Origin: Octopus sinensis
Lineage: Eukaryota
DNA: 64,000 nt
Direction: 5' to 3'
Assembly: GCF_006345805.1 (NCBI RefSeq)
Contig: NC_043024.1
Location: 6,138,001-6,202,000 of the forward strand
Each line of letters begins with the position of its first letter. Position 1 is the stretch's first letter. This document shows positions 13,501 to 26,627 of the stretch, piece by piece. A program made the translations under genes and the position numbers. The notes beneath the pieces were generated by a model, which worked only from the letters and a program-made list of their open reading frames with translations, ran no database searches and had not been told where the DNA came from.

Positions 13501-15033
13501 CACACATGCACATTAAATATATAATTTTATGTGTATATATATATATATATACACACACACACATGCACATATATATATACATGTTTGTATATGTATAATA
13601 TGTATATGTAAATATATAATATTTTGGAAAAAAATATTTTAATATTTTAATCATTTCCATATGTACACAAATATATTTGTGTGTGTGTGCACTGACACAC
13701 ACACACACATACTACACACACACATATACTACACACACACACACACACACACACACATACTACATGCACACTTATCACACACTACACACACACATATACT
13801 ACATACTACACATGCACACATACTACACACTACATACACACATACTACATCATCTATGTGGTTTTCTCTTGTGTGACGAAGAGTTAAGTAAACTGATATG
13901 GTGCTTCTCTCCCTCTTTCTCTCTCCCTCTCTCTCTCAATAAACATGCTGACGCCCTACTTTCTACATTTTTCTCCTTCTTCATCAAAAACTTGGATACG
14001 TAACAATATTTCTCTCGGTGCCACCAAAATTTCCTCCAGTTTCTTGTAAGTCTAACATTTTCTTCCATTCCTGGTTTCCCATTTTTTATTTTTCATCCAT
14101 TTTTGGTCTTATTTTCCATTTTTAAAGAAAGATTTTGTCTTTTTAGTGTAAATCTGGTTCCAATTCTGTCCTGATGCCAGCTGAATGATGTCGGTCAGAT
14201 GTACTGTTAGAATACAAACACACACGGATTCTAAAACTGTCTTTTCTAGTCTGTGTGTGTGTGTGTTTGTGTGCATGTTAGTGTTTGTGTGTGTGTTTCC
14301 TTGAAAGTATTGTATGCGTATGTTTGCTTGTGTGTGTTTTTGTGAAAGTAGTGTGTGTGTATGTGTGCTTGTGAAAGTATTGTTTGTATTTGTGTGTGTA
14401 TTTGTGTGAAAGTATTGTGCGTGTGTATGTGTGCTTGTGTTCTCTGTGTGTGTGTATGTGTGTGGGTTTGTTTGTTTGTGTGTATACATGTGTGTGTTTG
14501 AATGTGTCATAGAAACAACGTGTATTCATTCGTACAGGAAGTATAAATGATAAATGTTCTTATTTTGAGTTTATAATAGCTGTGTGTGTCTATGTTTGTG
14601 TGTATCTGTCTGTCTGTCTGTCTCCCTGTATATCTGTCTGTGTGTCTGTTTATTTCTCTGGCTGTCTCTCCATAAGTGTGTCTGTCTCTCTGTCTTCATC
14701 TCACTATCTGTATATCTTTGTATCACTTTGTCTGTCCCTCTGTCTATCTACCTGTCAGCCTCTCTGTCCATCTGTCTCTGTCTCTCTATCTACACACACA
14801 CATATACTTGATGATGATGATGATGAATGTTGGAAGGAACAAATTGTTCACCTTGCAATTCTTTAATGTCTAATATTTCCCTGGAAATATTTTCTTCACA
14901 ACTTATAAATGCAAATTTATTACATAAATTCGTGGTTTATTAACTGAGTACAAATTGAAACAATTGCAGGAATGATTATCAATATGTTAATAAATTAATT
15001 ATTAACCATTAACTCTCCATTTTCTTTTCTTAA

Positions 15034-15102
<69 letters not shown>

Positions 15103-15103
<1 letters not shown>

Positions 15104-15272
15104 CTTACGAAAAAAACAAAAGATGAAGACAGGTGGTGTACAAAACAAACAGATGTATTAGTATAACGCTCAGGAATAGAAAAAGTTTTTTTACTTTTCG
15201 AGCCTATGCTCTTCTACAGAAAGGGACACGGAAAAAACAAGGAGAGAAAAAAATGTGTGTAGTGGCTAACGA
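15103..15272 (-). mobile_element. About 190-bp (TA)n-flanked repeat with hammerhead motif (A6U family)
   Basis: Homologous to 44055-44262 and 51045-51240. Motif at 15188-15223: CTTT CTGTAGA A GAGC ATAG GCTC GAAA AGT A^AAA. Confidence 0.7.
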
Positions 15273-15326
15273 TCTATATATTTATATATATATATATATA
15301 TATATACTCAAATAATAATATAGGGT

Positions 15327-16061
15327 AGATAATTATCTGGTCATTACAGCTGTTTCATACATATCATTTTTAATAGAAGAATGAGAACATTACTCATCTG
15401 GTATTTCCTTTTACTCCGTACTAGGTGTAACACCTTAATAATAAACTGTACTTTACTTTTACTAACACTACAATTCCATAAAAGTTAGATCTTATTGATT
15501 CACTTACCTTCGTACCCTCCCCCAACTTTGAACCAATATCCACAGAATACCCCAAAATTCTGTGTATCTTTGCCCCCTTCCTTTTGTTCTTTAGCCTTAG
15601 GTAGTGAATCCTAAACCATAATTGGCTTGTATGCTTTTATTTTGCTTCACCCTTACTTTTGCTTTATTTACTCTTTCTTCCGTTATCCTTAATTTATAGT
15701 AGGACCTCTCCTTACTTCCCATTGCACTAAGCCTACTATAATAAAGTATCACCCCACTCCAGCCTAAGGACCAATCTTGCTAATTCCTCTCTCACCCAAA
15801 CTGCTGACATCAGATACCATACTAGACACTCTTGCAAACTGTATCCTTGACCTCAATGGCCAACTTTGTTGGTCACTGCTCCCATTTCACAGTTGGCCTT
15901 GGCAGACTTCAGCCACGTCCCTGCTGTACTCTTGAGATATTCTTTTGTTTGTTAAATTACTCTCCATCTGAACATTATGGTTTTTCAGAATGAAGTAATG
16001 TTCTCATCCTTCAATTAAAAATTATACGTAACAAACAGTTGTTACGAGCTGATAATTATCC
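15327..16061. mobile_element. Old element bounded by about 75-bp degenerate inverted repeats
   Basis: gataattatc...cagctgtttc...atttttaatagaagaatgagaacattactcatctg (15328-15402) versus the reverse complement of 15984-16060. Confidence 0.55.
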
Positions 16062-17265
16062 ATCGTCTGTTATTATTCATCTGATTGTTATACACGAAAG
16101 AAATTTACAACTTGTCGGACACCCTACACTATACCAACAACATACTATTCAAAGGAACACGTGATTTGGACCAGCACTTTAGGCACTAAATACTTTTAGT
16201 GTTGGTTTTCTCTGTGTACACAACCGAAATTTCCTATTTGATACTCACCAAACTTCCTAATGCCAACCACTCCACAGAGTGCCTTTGATGTGTCATCAAC
16301 AAAGGTGCCTTTTACGTGTCACCAGTGCCTTTTATGTGTCACTGGCACCTTGTATGTGTCACCCATGCCTTTTACATGTCACCAGCATGGGTACCTTTTA
16401 AGTGTCACTGGCACAAATGTCTTTTATGTGCAACCAGTGCCTTTTATGTGTCTCTGGCACAAGTGCCTTTTATATGTCACTTCCACAGGTACCTTTTACG
16501 TGCCACTGGTATGTATATCTTTTATGTGTCACCGGTACCTTTTACGTATCACCAGTACAGGTGCTTTTTTGCACATCACCGGCACAGGTGCCATGGGCGT
16601 GCATGCCTTTTATGTGCCTCTGACACTGGCCAGGCTTACAGTTTCACTTAGCCTGACATGTCTTCTCAAGCCTAACTAATCACAAAAGCCTCAATCACTT
16701 ATTGTTTCCTTGAGACTCTGCATATGTTTGTGATTTATTGATTGTAAGAAAGTATTCAGTTGTATTGAAACCTCAGCTGTGCTTAGGGTCTTTTAATTGA
16801 CTTCGTAATACATTAAGCGTGTGTAGAGATTATCTGGAGAATCAATAGCTGACAAACGTCATCTATAAGACTTTATCCTGAAGGAGGAAAGATCTGTATT
16901 GAAAGAAGAGTAAAAGAAGGGGATCTAATCCATCCAGGCTTTTTAAATACTTTACTGGAAGGTATCTTTGAAAACCTTATCTGAGATGAAACTAAAAAGG
17001 AATATAGATAATAAATTGTTTTTAATGGTGGAACTTGAAGTAGATAAAGCTATATATAATAGCAAGTTGGACATTATGTTTAAAAAGTAACATAACTTGA
17101 AAAAAGGTTGTCCTGATTTGTTTTATATCAATTTAAGTTTACAAATTCTTATGATGTAAATTAAATCTTTTGTCTTTCACTTGTTTCAGTCATTGGACGG
17201 CAACATTTTGTTTGACAGGTTAATAATTCTGTCAGCTTGAGTTTTAAATAAAAGGGGTATAAAAA

Positions 17266-17856
17266 CAGTGATTCTCAACCATTTGGGTCCCTTTGATTTC
17301 TATTTCACTCGGGTGGACTCCTCATACCCATTTGGTGTTTGAGAAAGTCCTATTATATTTCTATACTTAAATATTATAATTAAATATTCAAATAAATTAC
17401 TCATATTATAATTAAATATTATAATATAATTAAATATTATTAGGAATTGTATAAAAGAAATTGTTAAAATATTTTGTATATTGTAGAATTAGAACTAAAC
17501 ATTTGATACAAAATCTTATGTGGAATCCCTCAAGGGCCCTAAGGACTCCAGTTAAGAACCACTGCATCTAGTCGACCCGTATGCATGCTTTTGTGAGAGC
17601 AGTGTTTCTCCAACCATTTTTTGGCTATGGACACCTTTGATTCCTTTTTGCTCTATTGGTCCCCTATAGCCACTCGATGTTAAAAAAAAAGGTCCTATTC
17701 ATATTTTTATAATTGAATATTATTAGGAACTTTTAAAATAGTTTGTGTACTGCAGACATATAAGCAATTTATTGCACATCAACAAAATCTTATACGGATC
17801 TCTAAGGGCTCTATGGACCCCTAATGGCCATATGGACCCCTAGTAGAGAACCATTG
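17266..17856. mobile_element. Two adjacent hAT-type MITEs (17266-17564, 17600-17856)
   Basis: cagtg(a/t)ttctcaacc...gaacca(c/t)tg termini and shared AT-rich interiors. A related copy lies at about 31477-31730. TSDs not preserved. Confidence 0.65.
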
Positions 17857-17869
17857 GTGCTGAATAAAA

Positions 17870-18318
17870 ATGTCCTTGCTTGGAAAAAGTTGAAGGCCGT
17901 CCTGATTTATTTTCAGAACATAATGACAGACGAAATACCACTAAGCATTTTGCCTGGCATGCTAACATTTCTGCCAGCTCACCACCTTTAAGGAAAAGTT
18001 ATATTGCCAAACATGAGAGACTGGGGTCCATGATTCTACAAGAAATTCTGTCTGAAGTTCGGGGTTTGATGATTTATAACAATGTTCCAGAAGAGGACGA
18101 AATGTTTGTACTTGACTAAAAACTATAAGCAAATAAACTTTTGATAACTAAAAACACGGCTTTCTTTTTACAATTTTTCCCTTTTACACAAGGACATGAG
18201 ACTTGTTTGTCTTTCTTGGACTTTTCCACAAAAATATAAGGCATCTCCCGAAAATAAACCCTAGTTTTTTGGATGCAAAATTAAAATAAGACCAGGTCTT
18301 ATTTTTGGGGAAGCACGG
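17870..18318 (+). mobile_element. pogo/Tc2-like relic with 3' TIR
   Basis: Decayed ILPGMLTFLPA (IPGG.TS.LQP-like). Right end ggtcttatttttggggaagcacgg followed by TA. Confidence 0.55.
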
Positions 18319-18734
18319 TATGATAGAAAAAAGGTTTCCTCAGATATTCTTTCAAAACATGAATTGTGATATAAATAAAATGTAATTTCAAAATCAGTCC
18401 CAATTCACACTGTTAGGCATTTTACGGGAAAATTAGTTTTGGTTTATGAACATTTCAGGTGATAAATGGCCTTCAGGAATGTATTAAGTTCATAAACAGA
18501 AGTTCAACTGTATAAGGGAAAGGATTAAGTTATTTAAGCTATATCAATGACATAGTTCTTATCTTATAAAGTAGTCATCACTGGAATGGACTGAAATGTG
18601 AAAGTAACCAAGTGTGACTAAAACTATTTATAAAAGAAAATAATGTTCAATGACCATGAAACTGTTGTAGTTGAAACTGTGACACAGGACTAGGCAAAAG
18701 CAGGGATACAATAAAATGAATTAGTTAAAAAGAA

Positions 18735-19090
18735 CAGGCATGGCTGTGTGGTTAGAAGCTTACTTCCCAACCACACCGTTCTGGGTTCAGTCCCACTGCA
18801 TGGCACCTTGGGTAAGTGTTTTCTGCTATATCTTCAGGCTGACCAAAGCCTTGCGAGTGGATTTGACAGATGGAAACTGAAAGAAGTCCATCATGTGTGT
18901 GTGTGTGTCTTTGTGTCTATATTTGCCTTCCCCCATCACTGCTTGACAACTGGTGTTGGTGTGTTTATGTCCCTGCAGTTCAGCAGAGAGACCGATAGAA
19001 TAAGTATTAGGCTTCAAAAATAAATCCTGGGTTAATTTATTTGACAAAAACCCTTCAAGGTGGTGCTCCAGCATGGTTACAGTCAAATGA
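18735..19090 (+). mobile_element. SINE family A
   Basis: Head-to-tail match to the family A consensus. Confidence 0.8.
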
Positions 19091-19319
19091 CTGAAACAAG
19101 TAAAAGAATGAAAAAATCATAGAATTCTCATCCTAAAATAGGTACATGTGTGGCAAGAAGCTTGCTTCCCAGCTTCATGGTTTCAGGTTCAGTCCCACTG
19201 CATGGCACTTTGGGCAAGTGTCTTCTATTGTAGCCTCAGGACAACCAGTGCCTTGTGAGTAGATTTGGTAGATGGAAACTGAAAGAAGCCTGTTGTCATA
19301 TACACACACATATATATAT

Positions 19320-19527
19320 ATTCAAAATGTGACCGCGTGTGTACTACTGGCGATTTTTCTTTCCTCTGTCTTCCCTTCTCTGGATCTTTCCTTCTCCTAT
19401 GTTTCCGACAAAGAGCTCCGCTCGAAATGCTAAACCCTCCTTCTTTCCTGAGCGTCCAATAATACTATATTTGTTCCACGTCCTCGCGTTGTTGTGTTTT
19501 CTCTTTGTGTTTTCATGTTTGAATTAA
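19320..19527 (+). mobile_element. About 210-bp (TA)n-flanked repeat with degenerate hammerhead
   Basis: Same family as 34330-34545 and 48985-49190. Motif at 19401-19435: GTTT CCGACAA A GAGC TCC GCTC GAAA TGC TAAAC. Confidence 0.7.
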
Positions 19528-20892
19528 CTATATATATATATACATATGTATGTATGTATGTATATACATACACATACATATGTATGTGTGTCCTTGTTTG
19601 ACCTCATTCCCCTGCTGCTTGACAACTGGTGTTGGTGTGTTTATATCCCTGTAACTTAGTGATTCTGCAAAAGACACTGATAAAACAAGTACTAGATTTT
19701 GAAAAAAAAGTCCTGGGTCAATTTGTTTGATTAGAACCCTTCAAGGCAGTGCCCCAGCATGGCCAAAGTCTAATGAGTGAAACAAGTTGGTCCCACTCTA
19801 TCTGTAGTTTTTCAAAACTTCAGAGAGCAGAAAATGTCATTATATATGGCCTTCGTTGATCTGACAAAGGCCTTTGACAACCAGTGTTGGTGTGTTTACA
19901 TCCCTGACTTAGTGGTTCAGCAAAAGATATCAATAAATTAAGTGCCAGGCTTAAAAAAGTACTGGAGTCGATTCACACAACTAAATTAAACTCCAGCATG
20001 GCCACAATCTAATAAGTGAAACAAGTAAAAAGTAAAAGATGAAAAATATATCTTTATGCATCTAGGGAGAGGAGTGGCTGTTTTTGGTCACTTGATTTAT
20101 TTTTTTGCCTATGTCTATCTGGTAGTCCACTGTGTATCTGTCTGTTGCTGTATTATTGTGTTGTTGATACTAAAGCTGCAACTGTTGTTGTTGTTGCTGC
20201 TGTTGCAGCCATTGTGGCCATTTGGTGCTGTTGTTGCTGCTGTGGTCAATAATAATAATAGAGATCTTTTCATGGATATTTTAACCCAATTTTCTCCACA
20301 GAAGACTTTCTCTGACCTTATTGCTTTGGATTATAATTATTCGAGTCCGTCTCTGGGACACAAATGTCTTTTTTTTTTTTTACGCACGCACGCACGCACT
20401 GTGTCTCTCTTTCCCTCTCTCTTGCTTTTTGTCTTCTTTCACTTTCTCGTTCTTTCTTTCTTTCTTTACACAAATGTCATACACATACTCGCACATACAC
20501 ACACACACACTCTTTCTCTCTTTCTTGCTTTCTGTCTTTCACTTATTCATTCTTTCTTTCTTTCTTTGTTCCATCCAAACACACATACTCACACACATAT
20601 ATAACATATATACTCACAGACACACATGCACTTACATACATATATGCATATACGCATATAAGCACATTCAAGCACACACACACACATGCATACTTACAAA
20701 CATCCATACATGCATACATACATGTGTGTGTGTGATGAAATCCTTTATACAAGTGCTTCAACTTTTCACATTTATTTTCTCTCTGGACATATCATCATCA
20801 TCATCAACATCGTCATTGTCATCATCATCAACATCGTTATCATCATCATCATCAACATCGTTATCATTATCATCATCAGCAGCAGCATTTAA

Positions 20893-21030
20893 AACAGGTT
20901 ATAGGAACATAAACCTTCTTCCACGAAAAGATAGCTTTGGAGGTGAAGTCAAATCCTATTTTATGGACTCAACCATGTTCTAAAATAAGTCGAAAGGTAA
21001 GCTGCTATAAATCAGCACGAACTTTCCAGA
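20893..21030 (-). mobile_element. mariner 5' end fragment (third copy)
   Basis: Matches 1722-1870 (aacaggttataggaacataaacc...cacgaactttccagaca). Confidence 0.8.
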
Positions 21031-21034
21031 CAGG

Positions 21035-21220
21035 AGCACGAAGTAAACATGAGCTGTGCAAGTCCAGAGCTTACTCATTGCCTTCATTCCCAGCAGACGA
21101 CCAATGCTTGACCTGCAGCAGAACCTTCTGGGCATAAATCAACCACAGCCAGATGCACCATGACCCATCTTCTCCCATGTGAATGTCCTGGTCTTCATCA
21201 ACAATGACAAACGAACATAG
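21035..21220 (+). mobile_element. RTE-clade LINE 3' end
   Basis: ..DQCLTCSRTFWA*IN (terminal CxxC finger) and RTE-type tail gtcttcatcaacaatgacaaacgaac. Confidence 0.6.
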
Positions 21221-21453
21221 TTTGAATTTGGAAATATCTCTTTTACCCTCTTTTACTCTTTTACTTGTTTCAGTCATTTGACTGTGGCCATGCTGGAGCA
21301 CTGCATTTAGTTGAACAAATTGACCCCACGACTTATTCTATCAGTCTCTTTTCTGTTGACTGTTGAACTGTTATAGGGACATAAACACACCAGCAAGTGG
21401 TTGTGGAGGGCAGACACAAAGACATGCAAACGTATATATATATACACACATAT

Positions 21454-21504
<51 letters not shown>

Positions 21505-22407
21505 AATATACAAGATAAGAAAATGGAGAAATACATCTAAATCAAATATCAATTACCCCTATCTCAATTTGTATATATAAATATATGCGTCAATAATACT
21601 TTAATTGTTCCACGTCCTGCGTTGCTGTGTTTTTTTCTCTTTTTTTCTGTGTTTTCTTGTTTGGATTAACTTTATATATATACTTGGAAGAAGACGTGTG
21701 CGTTCAATCATATACTCTTTTACTCTTTCACTTGTTTCAGTCATTTGACTGCGGCCATGCTGGAGCACCGCCTTTAGTCAAGCAAATCGACCCCGGGACT
21801 TATTCTTTGTAAGCCCAGTACTTATTCTATCGGTCTCTTTTTGCCGAACCGCTAAGTGACGGGAATATAATAACAACTTAATAAATAAAACATGCATACA
21901 TACATACATATATGTACATACCTACATCTATATGTATATATACATGCATGTATGGGTACAGGACACAAAAAAAAACGTAGAACACAACGAGAAACGAAAG
22001 CATAAAAACAAAACGTGGAATCGGACTTTTTTTAACAACGACAAAACAGAGTACAAGACATACAACACAAGGAACATTCCCCTTCTTCAGCTGCCCCTGT
22101 TTCGACTCATTGCGTGTTTCGAAGGTAAGGGCAGAACACGACTACATTGAAACAGTCCTTCCCGCAAAGCGAATTAAATAAATTTTTTTTTTTGTGTATT
22201 ATACACAAACTTATATATTTTCACACACACACACACACACACACCACACACACACACATATATATTATATAATAGATTATAATGATACAAACTACTGCAT
22301 TTATCCTCCTTTCTAAACATATATTTCCGCTCAAACATACTCATAGGTACATACATATTATATGTGTTTAGAAAGGGGGATAAATGCTGTCGTTTGTATC
22401 ATTATAA

Positions 22408-22964
22408 TCCATTATATAAAATCCGTTCTGTCTGTGTGTGTCTTCTAGGATCTTGGGCATCCTCCATCCGATTGCGTTCAAATTTAATATGTAGATAACG
22501 ACGGTATCAGGGTGTGTATAAGTCTTGAAAAAATTACAAAAATTGAATCCAGATGAGAATGCAATCGATAAAGCCGTTTTTGTCCTGCTTTTCTTCCGTC
22601 AACCTGTACATAACTGCACCTTCCATTTTTTGTTGTTTTTGTACTGCTTAAAGGCACGTTTCTTTCCTGCCAAGCTTACTGTTTAAACCATGTTTGTGTT
22701 CTCCCAGTCAACAGCCTTATCATTACTGGTACTTTAAACTCTTCGGTTACATATTTGTGGGAATAGAATCGTTTTTCTTTGGAATAGAAAAAGTCTATCT
22801 TTATTTCTTCTTTTGCCGGTGTCTCAAATTTAGGTTAAATCAGTGTTTCTCAAAGGGGAGGCCTATGGGACGGTCGGACAAGTTGTTTTGAGAAAATTTG
22901 GTTTAAATGTTTGACAACTCAGCACCGTCCATTGGACGGGACGGGGGGGGGGGCGTTTTGCTAG
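22408..22964 (+). mobile_element. Helitron-like non-autonomous element
   Basis: A|TC 5' start with tatataaaatccgttctgtctgtgtg; 3' hairpin ccgtcc-att-ggacgg (22925-22939) and CTAG|T end. Confidence 0.65.
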
Positions 22965-23006
22965 TAATATAATATAATTATAACAATAATACACAAACTT
23001 ATATAT

Positions 23007-23048
<42 letters not shown>

Positions 23049-24033
23049 CTAACAAGTGTGGTGAGTAGTGACACCTAGTGTTAGAGCAGACCAGCCTGAC
23101 TGACATTAACATAACGGTGATGATGGAGGTCAGGCTGTTCCATATTTACATTCAGGGTCACTTAGACTTTACATTTCTGCTGAAAGTGCCTCCACCCTTT
23201 CCCTCCACTCTTTTGCTTCCCCTCTCCTTTAACACTCACCATCTTTCTCTCTCCTCTTCTATCACGATATTGAGCACTCCTCCCCCCTCCTTTATGCTTC
23301 ATCAGTCCCTCTCTCTCTCTTCCAAGTGTGCAGCTGTGTAACAGGAGACCTGACATTTCATCTGGTCTTTAGTCTCCAGTAACACTCAGTCCCCCCCCTC
23401 ACCACCAGCTTTGGTTATTGCCTCTCCTCCCTCCCTCTCCTCCCCATTACTCCTTTGTCATTTATTATTGACATCAATCACTCACTATCTTTTATATATC
23501 ACTCTCTCTCTCTTCCCCTTCTCTCTCTCTCCTCTCTCTTTTCTCTCTCCCTTGTCTCCCCTCCCCCCTCTTCTCTATTTAGCTGGTATATGTTAAGAGA
23601 CTTATTAAATGGATTCACAATCTCCATCATACATGCACACAAACACACACATACACAAAGATTTATGCATCACTTGAAAAGTGTCACATACATACATATA
23701 TTGACACACACATAAATAGATACCCACAAACACACATACACAGATTACCACAGACACATACATAGACAGCTACCCACGATTACACACAGATTCCCCACAA
23801 GTGCTCACTCACACACGAAGAAATTATACATCCCTTGGAGAGTGCCCTTCCTCTCAGACAAATGGCTAGGCATGAATCACCAGATTCTTCCATCTGGCCA
23901 ATCAAACTCAACTTCATTCTTGTATTTGCTTTGGGACATCCTTGGTATGAACCTAATGTGTTGAAACGAATCTTGTATCTTGAGAGGGTCATTACATCAA
24001 TAACAAACACACACACTGGTTCTGTGTCACTTC

Positions 24034-24069
<36 letters not shown>

Positions 24070-24089
24070 CATTATTATTATTATTATTA

Positions 24090-24608
24090 TTGAGTGAGAG
24101 CAGTGCATACCATCAAAGTGATACTGGGGTAAAATATACGAAGCCCAGTATACCCATCATGACTACCCGCCTGATAAGGGTACACCAGGCACATGCATCA
24201 CAACCATATCTGTGCGACATGGTGACCTCATATCAAGATAAACAGCGCATGACCTTGCAGGTGGGGCCCAGTTAGAATTTTCTTTAGGTTGAGTAGCCCA
24301 TCCCGCTCAAAAGGTCCCTTAATAAGGATTGTTTAAAGATGTTCAACAAAACACCCATGTTTTCAAAGGTAAATTATTCAAACCCCAAAGAATTCCTCTC
24401 AACACATGGCTACCCTCACTACTTCTGCTCGGGATCAGAGATGCATATATCGCCAGCCACTAAGGGACATGGTCAACTAGTTATGGTTAAACAACTGAGA
24501 AGCAAATCTGTGGTATTGAGCAGAATATTTGCTGTAGCCCATCTTTTATACCAAGACAAAACAATGTACATGATAACACTTCCAATCAGTCAAGATCAGA
24601 AGCCATGA
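24090..24608 (-). mobile_element. LINE-derived 3' fragment ending in (TAA)n
   Basis: About 85% similar copy at 26627-26970; both abut ATT arrays. Clade (R4/Dong-like?) not established. Confidence 0.55.
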
Positions 24609-24885
24609 GAGCCACTGTTTGGTACTGCATCGACTAAAGGCAGTGATCCAGCATGGCCGCAGTCAAAACAAGTAAAAGAATTGTTTAGTCCCTCAATCAA
24701 TCAGTTAGGTGGGACTGAACCTGAAACCATATGGTTTGGAAGCATCATCCCTACCACACAATTGTGGTTTCAAAATCCTATTTTTTTTTGTATTTCCTTT
24801 TATAATTTGTTGTTTCTTTTGTTCCATTTTCAAACTCTATTTTTTATTCTTGTTTCAGATTGTTCCAAAACTTCTCTATGCTACA

Positions 24886-25525
24886 ATGGAAGTACCAAGT
24901 TCTTGGATAGATACTTGGAACAATCCAAGAATCTTTCCTTTCATCATACCATTCCTACAGTGCCTGATCTACTACGCCCTCGTCTTGCTAGTCCACGTTG
25001 GCATATTTAAACTCAATTCCATATTCACTCCCATCTGGCTGCGACCAATTCTCTCAGATTTCTTCTGCACCATTACGTCATGTACAATTTCGTTTCAACA
25101 TGGAATACTACGGTTCTATTATGGCAACACCACCTATGTCCTCATGTCAGGATTCATGGCTTTTCTCTTCAGGAATATTTTCAAAGACTCAGCACCTTCG
25201 GTTCCAGCAAATGTACTGAAATACATGAAAGAGGTCATTTCTTTCAGTGATTTACTTCTCAGGGTCTTCACACAGATCTTTGCCATTCCAGCCATTGCAC
25301 TTGTCGTTCACATGATCTGGCTTTTAGAAATCATGCCAGAGCACACACAGCAACTGTCTCAAAGAACTTGTGCCAGTGACCTTAATGTTGCGGTCGCCAT
25401 GGGGTTTCTCATTGAAGGAGGGTCCATTGCGCTTGAGACTTGGTTAAGCCAAAGTCGAATCACCATTTATGATTCTGTAGATTCGTGTCTAAAGCTTTTT
25501 ACTGGACCAATAATGGTCGTTTTAG
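24886..25525 (+). CDS. AQP11/12: Unorthodox aquaporin (superaquaporin, AQP11/12-like), coding exon 1
   Basis: Hydrophobic ORF MEVPSSW...DFFCTITSCTISFQHGILRFYYG...FKDSAPSVPANV...LRVFTQ...TCASDLNV..GFLIEG...IMVVLG matches the TM1-TM5 layout of AQP11/12. A polypyrimidine tract plus tttcag acceptor ends at 24858; ATG 24886 has A at -3 and G at +4; donor G|GTATGT at 25525/25526 (phase 1). Confidence 0.9.
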
Positions 25526-25557
25526 GTATGTACAGTTTGTTTTCTACTTTCTTTCTG

Positions 25558-25590
<33 letters not shown>

Positions 25591-25676
25591 CATCATTATT
25601 AAGGTGGCTAGCTGAATCATTAGTGCACCAGATTAAATGCTTAGTGGTATTTTGCACATCACTATATTCTAAGTGT

Positions 25677-26013
25677 GAAGGCGCATGGCTCAGTGGTTAG
25701 AGTGTCAAGCTTACGATTGTGAGGTTGTGAGTTTGAATCCCAAACCGGGCTATGTGTTGTGTTCTTGAGCAAGACACTTTATTTCACATTGCTCCAGTTC
25801 ACTCAGCTGTAGAAATGAGTTGTAACATCACTGGTGCCAAGCTGTATCGGCCCCTTTGCCTTTCCCTTGGATAACATCAGTGACAAGGAGAGGGGAGGAT
25901 GGTATGCATGGGTGACAGCTGGTCTTCCATAAACAACCTTGCCCGGACTTGTGCCTGGGCGGGTAACTTTCTAGGTGCAATCCCATGGTCAGTCATGACC
26001 GAAGGGGTCTCAG
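25677..26013 (+). mobile_element. tRNA-type SINE (family D, Meta/V/CORE-like central domain), in the aquaporin intron
   Basis: ggcgcatggctcagtggttag...cttgagcaagacactttatttcac..gctccagttcactcagctgtagaaatgag. Copies at 35640-35965 (-) and 36179-36517 (+). Confidence 0.8.
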
Positions 26014-26591
26014 CATATTCTAAGTTCAAATTTCATCCTTCTGGGGTTGATAAATCAAATACCAGCTGAACACTGGGGGTCAATGTAATCGACTCATCTC
26101 CACCCCCAAAATTTCTGCCCTTGTGGCAAAATTTAAAACCATTATCATTATTATTATTATTATTATTATTATTAAGGCAGAATTGTTTGCATGCCAGGCA
26201 AAATGCTTAGCGGCACTTCGTCCATCTTTATGTTCTGTGTCCAAATTCCACTGAGGTCGACTTTGCTTTCATCCTTTCAGGATTGATAAATTAAGTACCT
26301 GTTGTGTACTGGGGTCAATCTAATTGACCTCCCCTAAATTTCAGGCCTTGTGCCTATAGTAGAAAAGATTATTATTAAGGCGGCAAGCTGGCAGAATCGT
26401 CAGCATGTTGGATGAAATGCTTAGCAGTATTTTGCCCGTCACTACATTCTGAGTTCAAATTCCACCAAAGTCGATTTTTGTCTTTCATTTTTTGAGGGTC
26501 GATAAATTATGTACCAGTGAAACACTGGGGTCAATATAATTGACTAGTCCCCACCCCACAAATTTAAGGCCTTGTGGTTCCAGTAGAAAAG

Positions 26592-26627
<36 letters not shown>

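Noticed and set aside
22070-22140. CTGAAGA/CTGATGA plus hairpin on the minus strand (also 41300-41390) as a hammerhead
   Set aside because: In both copies the hairpin is followed by GTG, not GAA. A type-II reading using the upstream GAAAC..GUH has no stem I.
24709-24858. N-terminal 50 aa of the 297-aa ORF, and its poly-Tyr end after 25525
   Set aside because: These are a SINE remnant plus polypyrimidine tract before the acceptor, and intronic (TAT)n after the donor; not part of the CDS.
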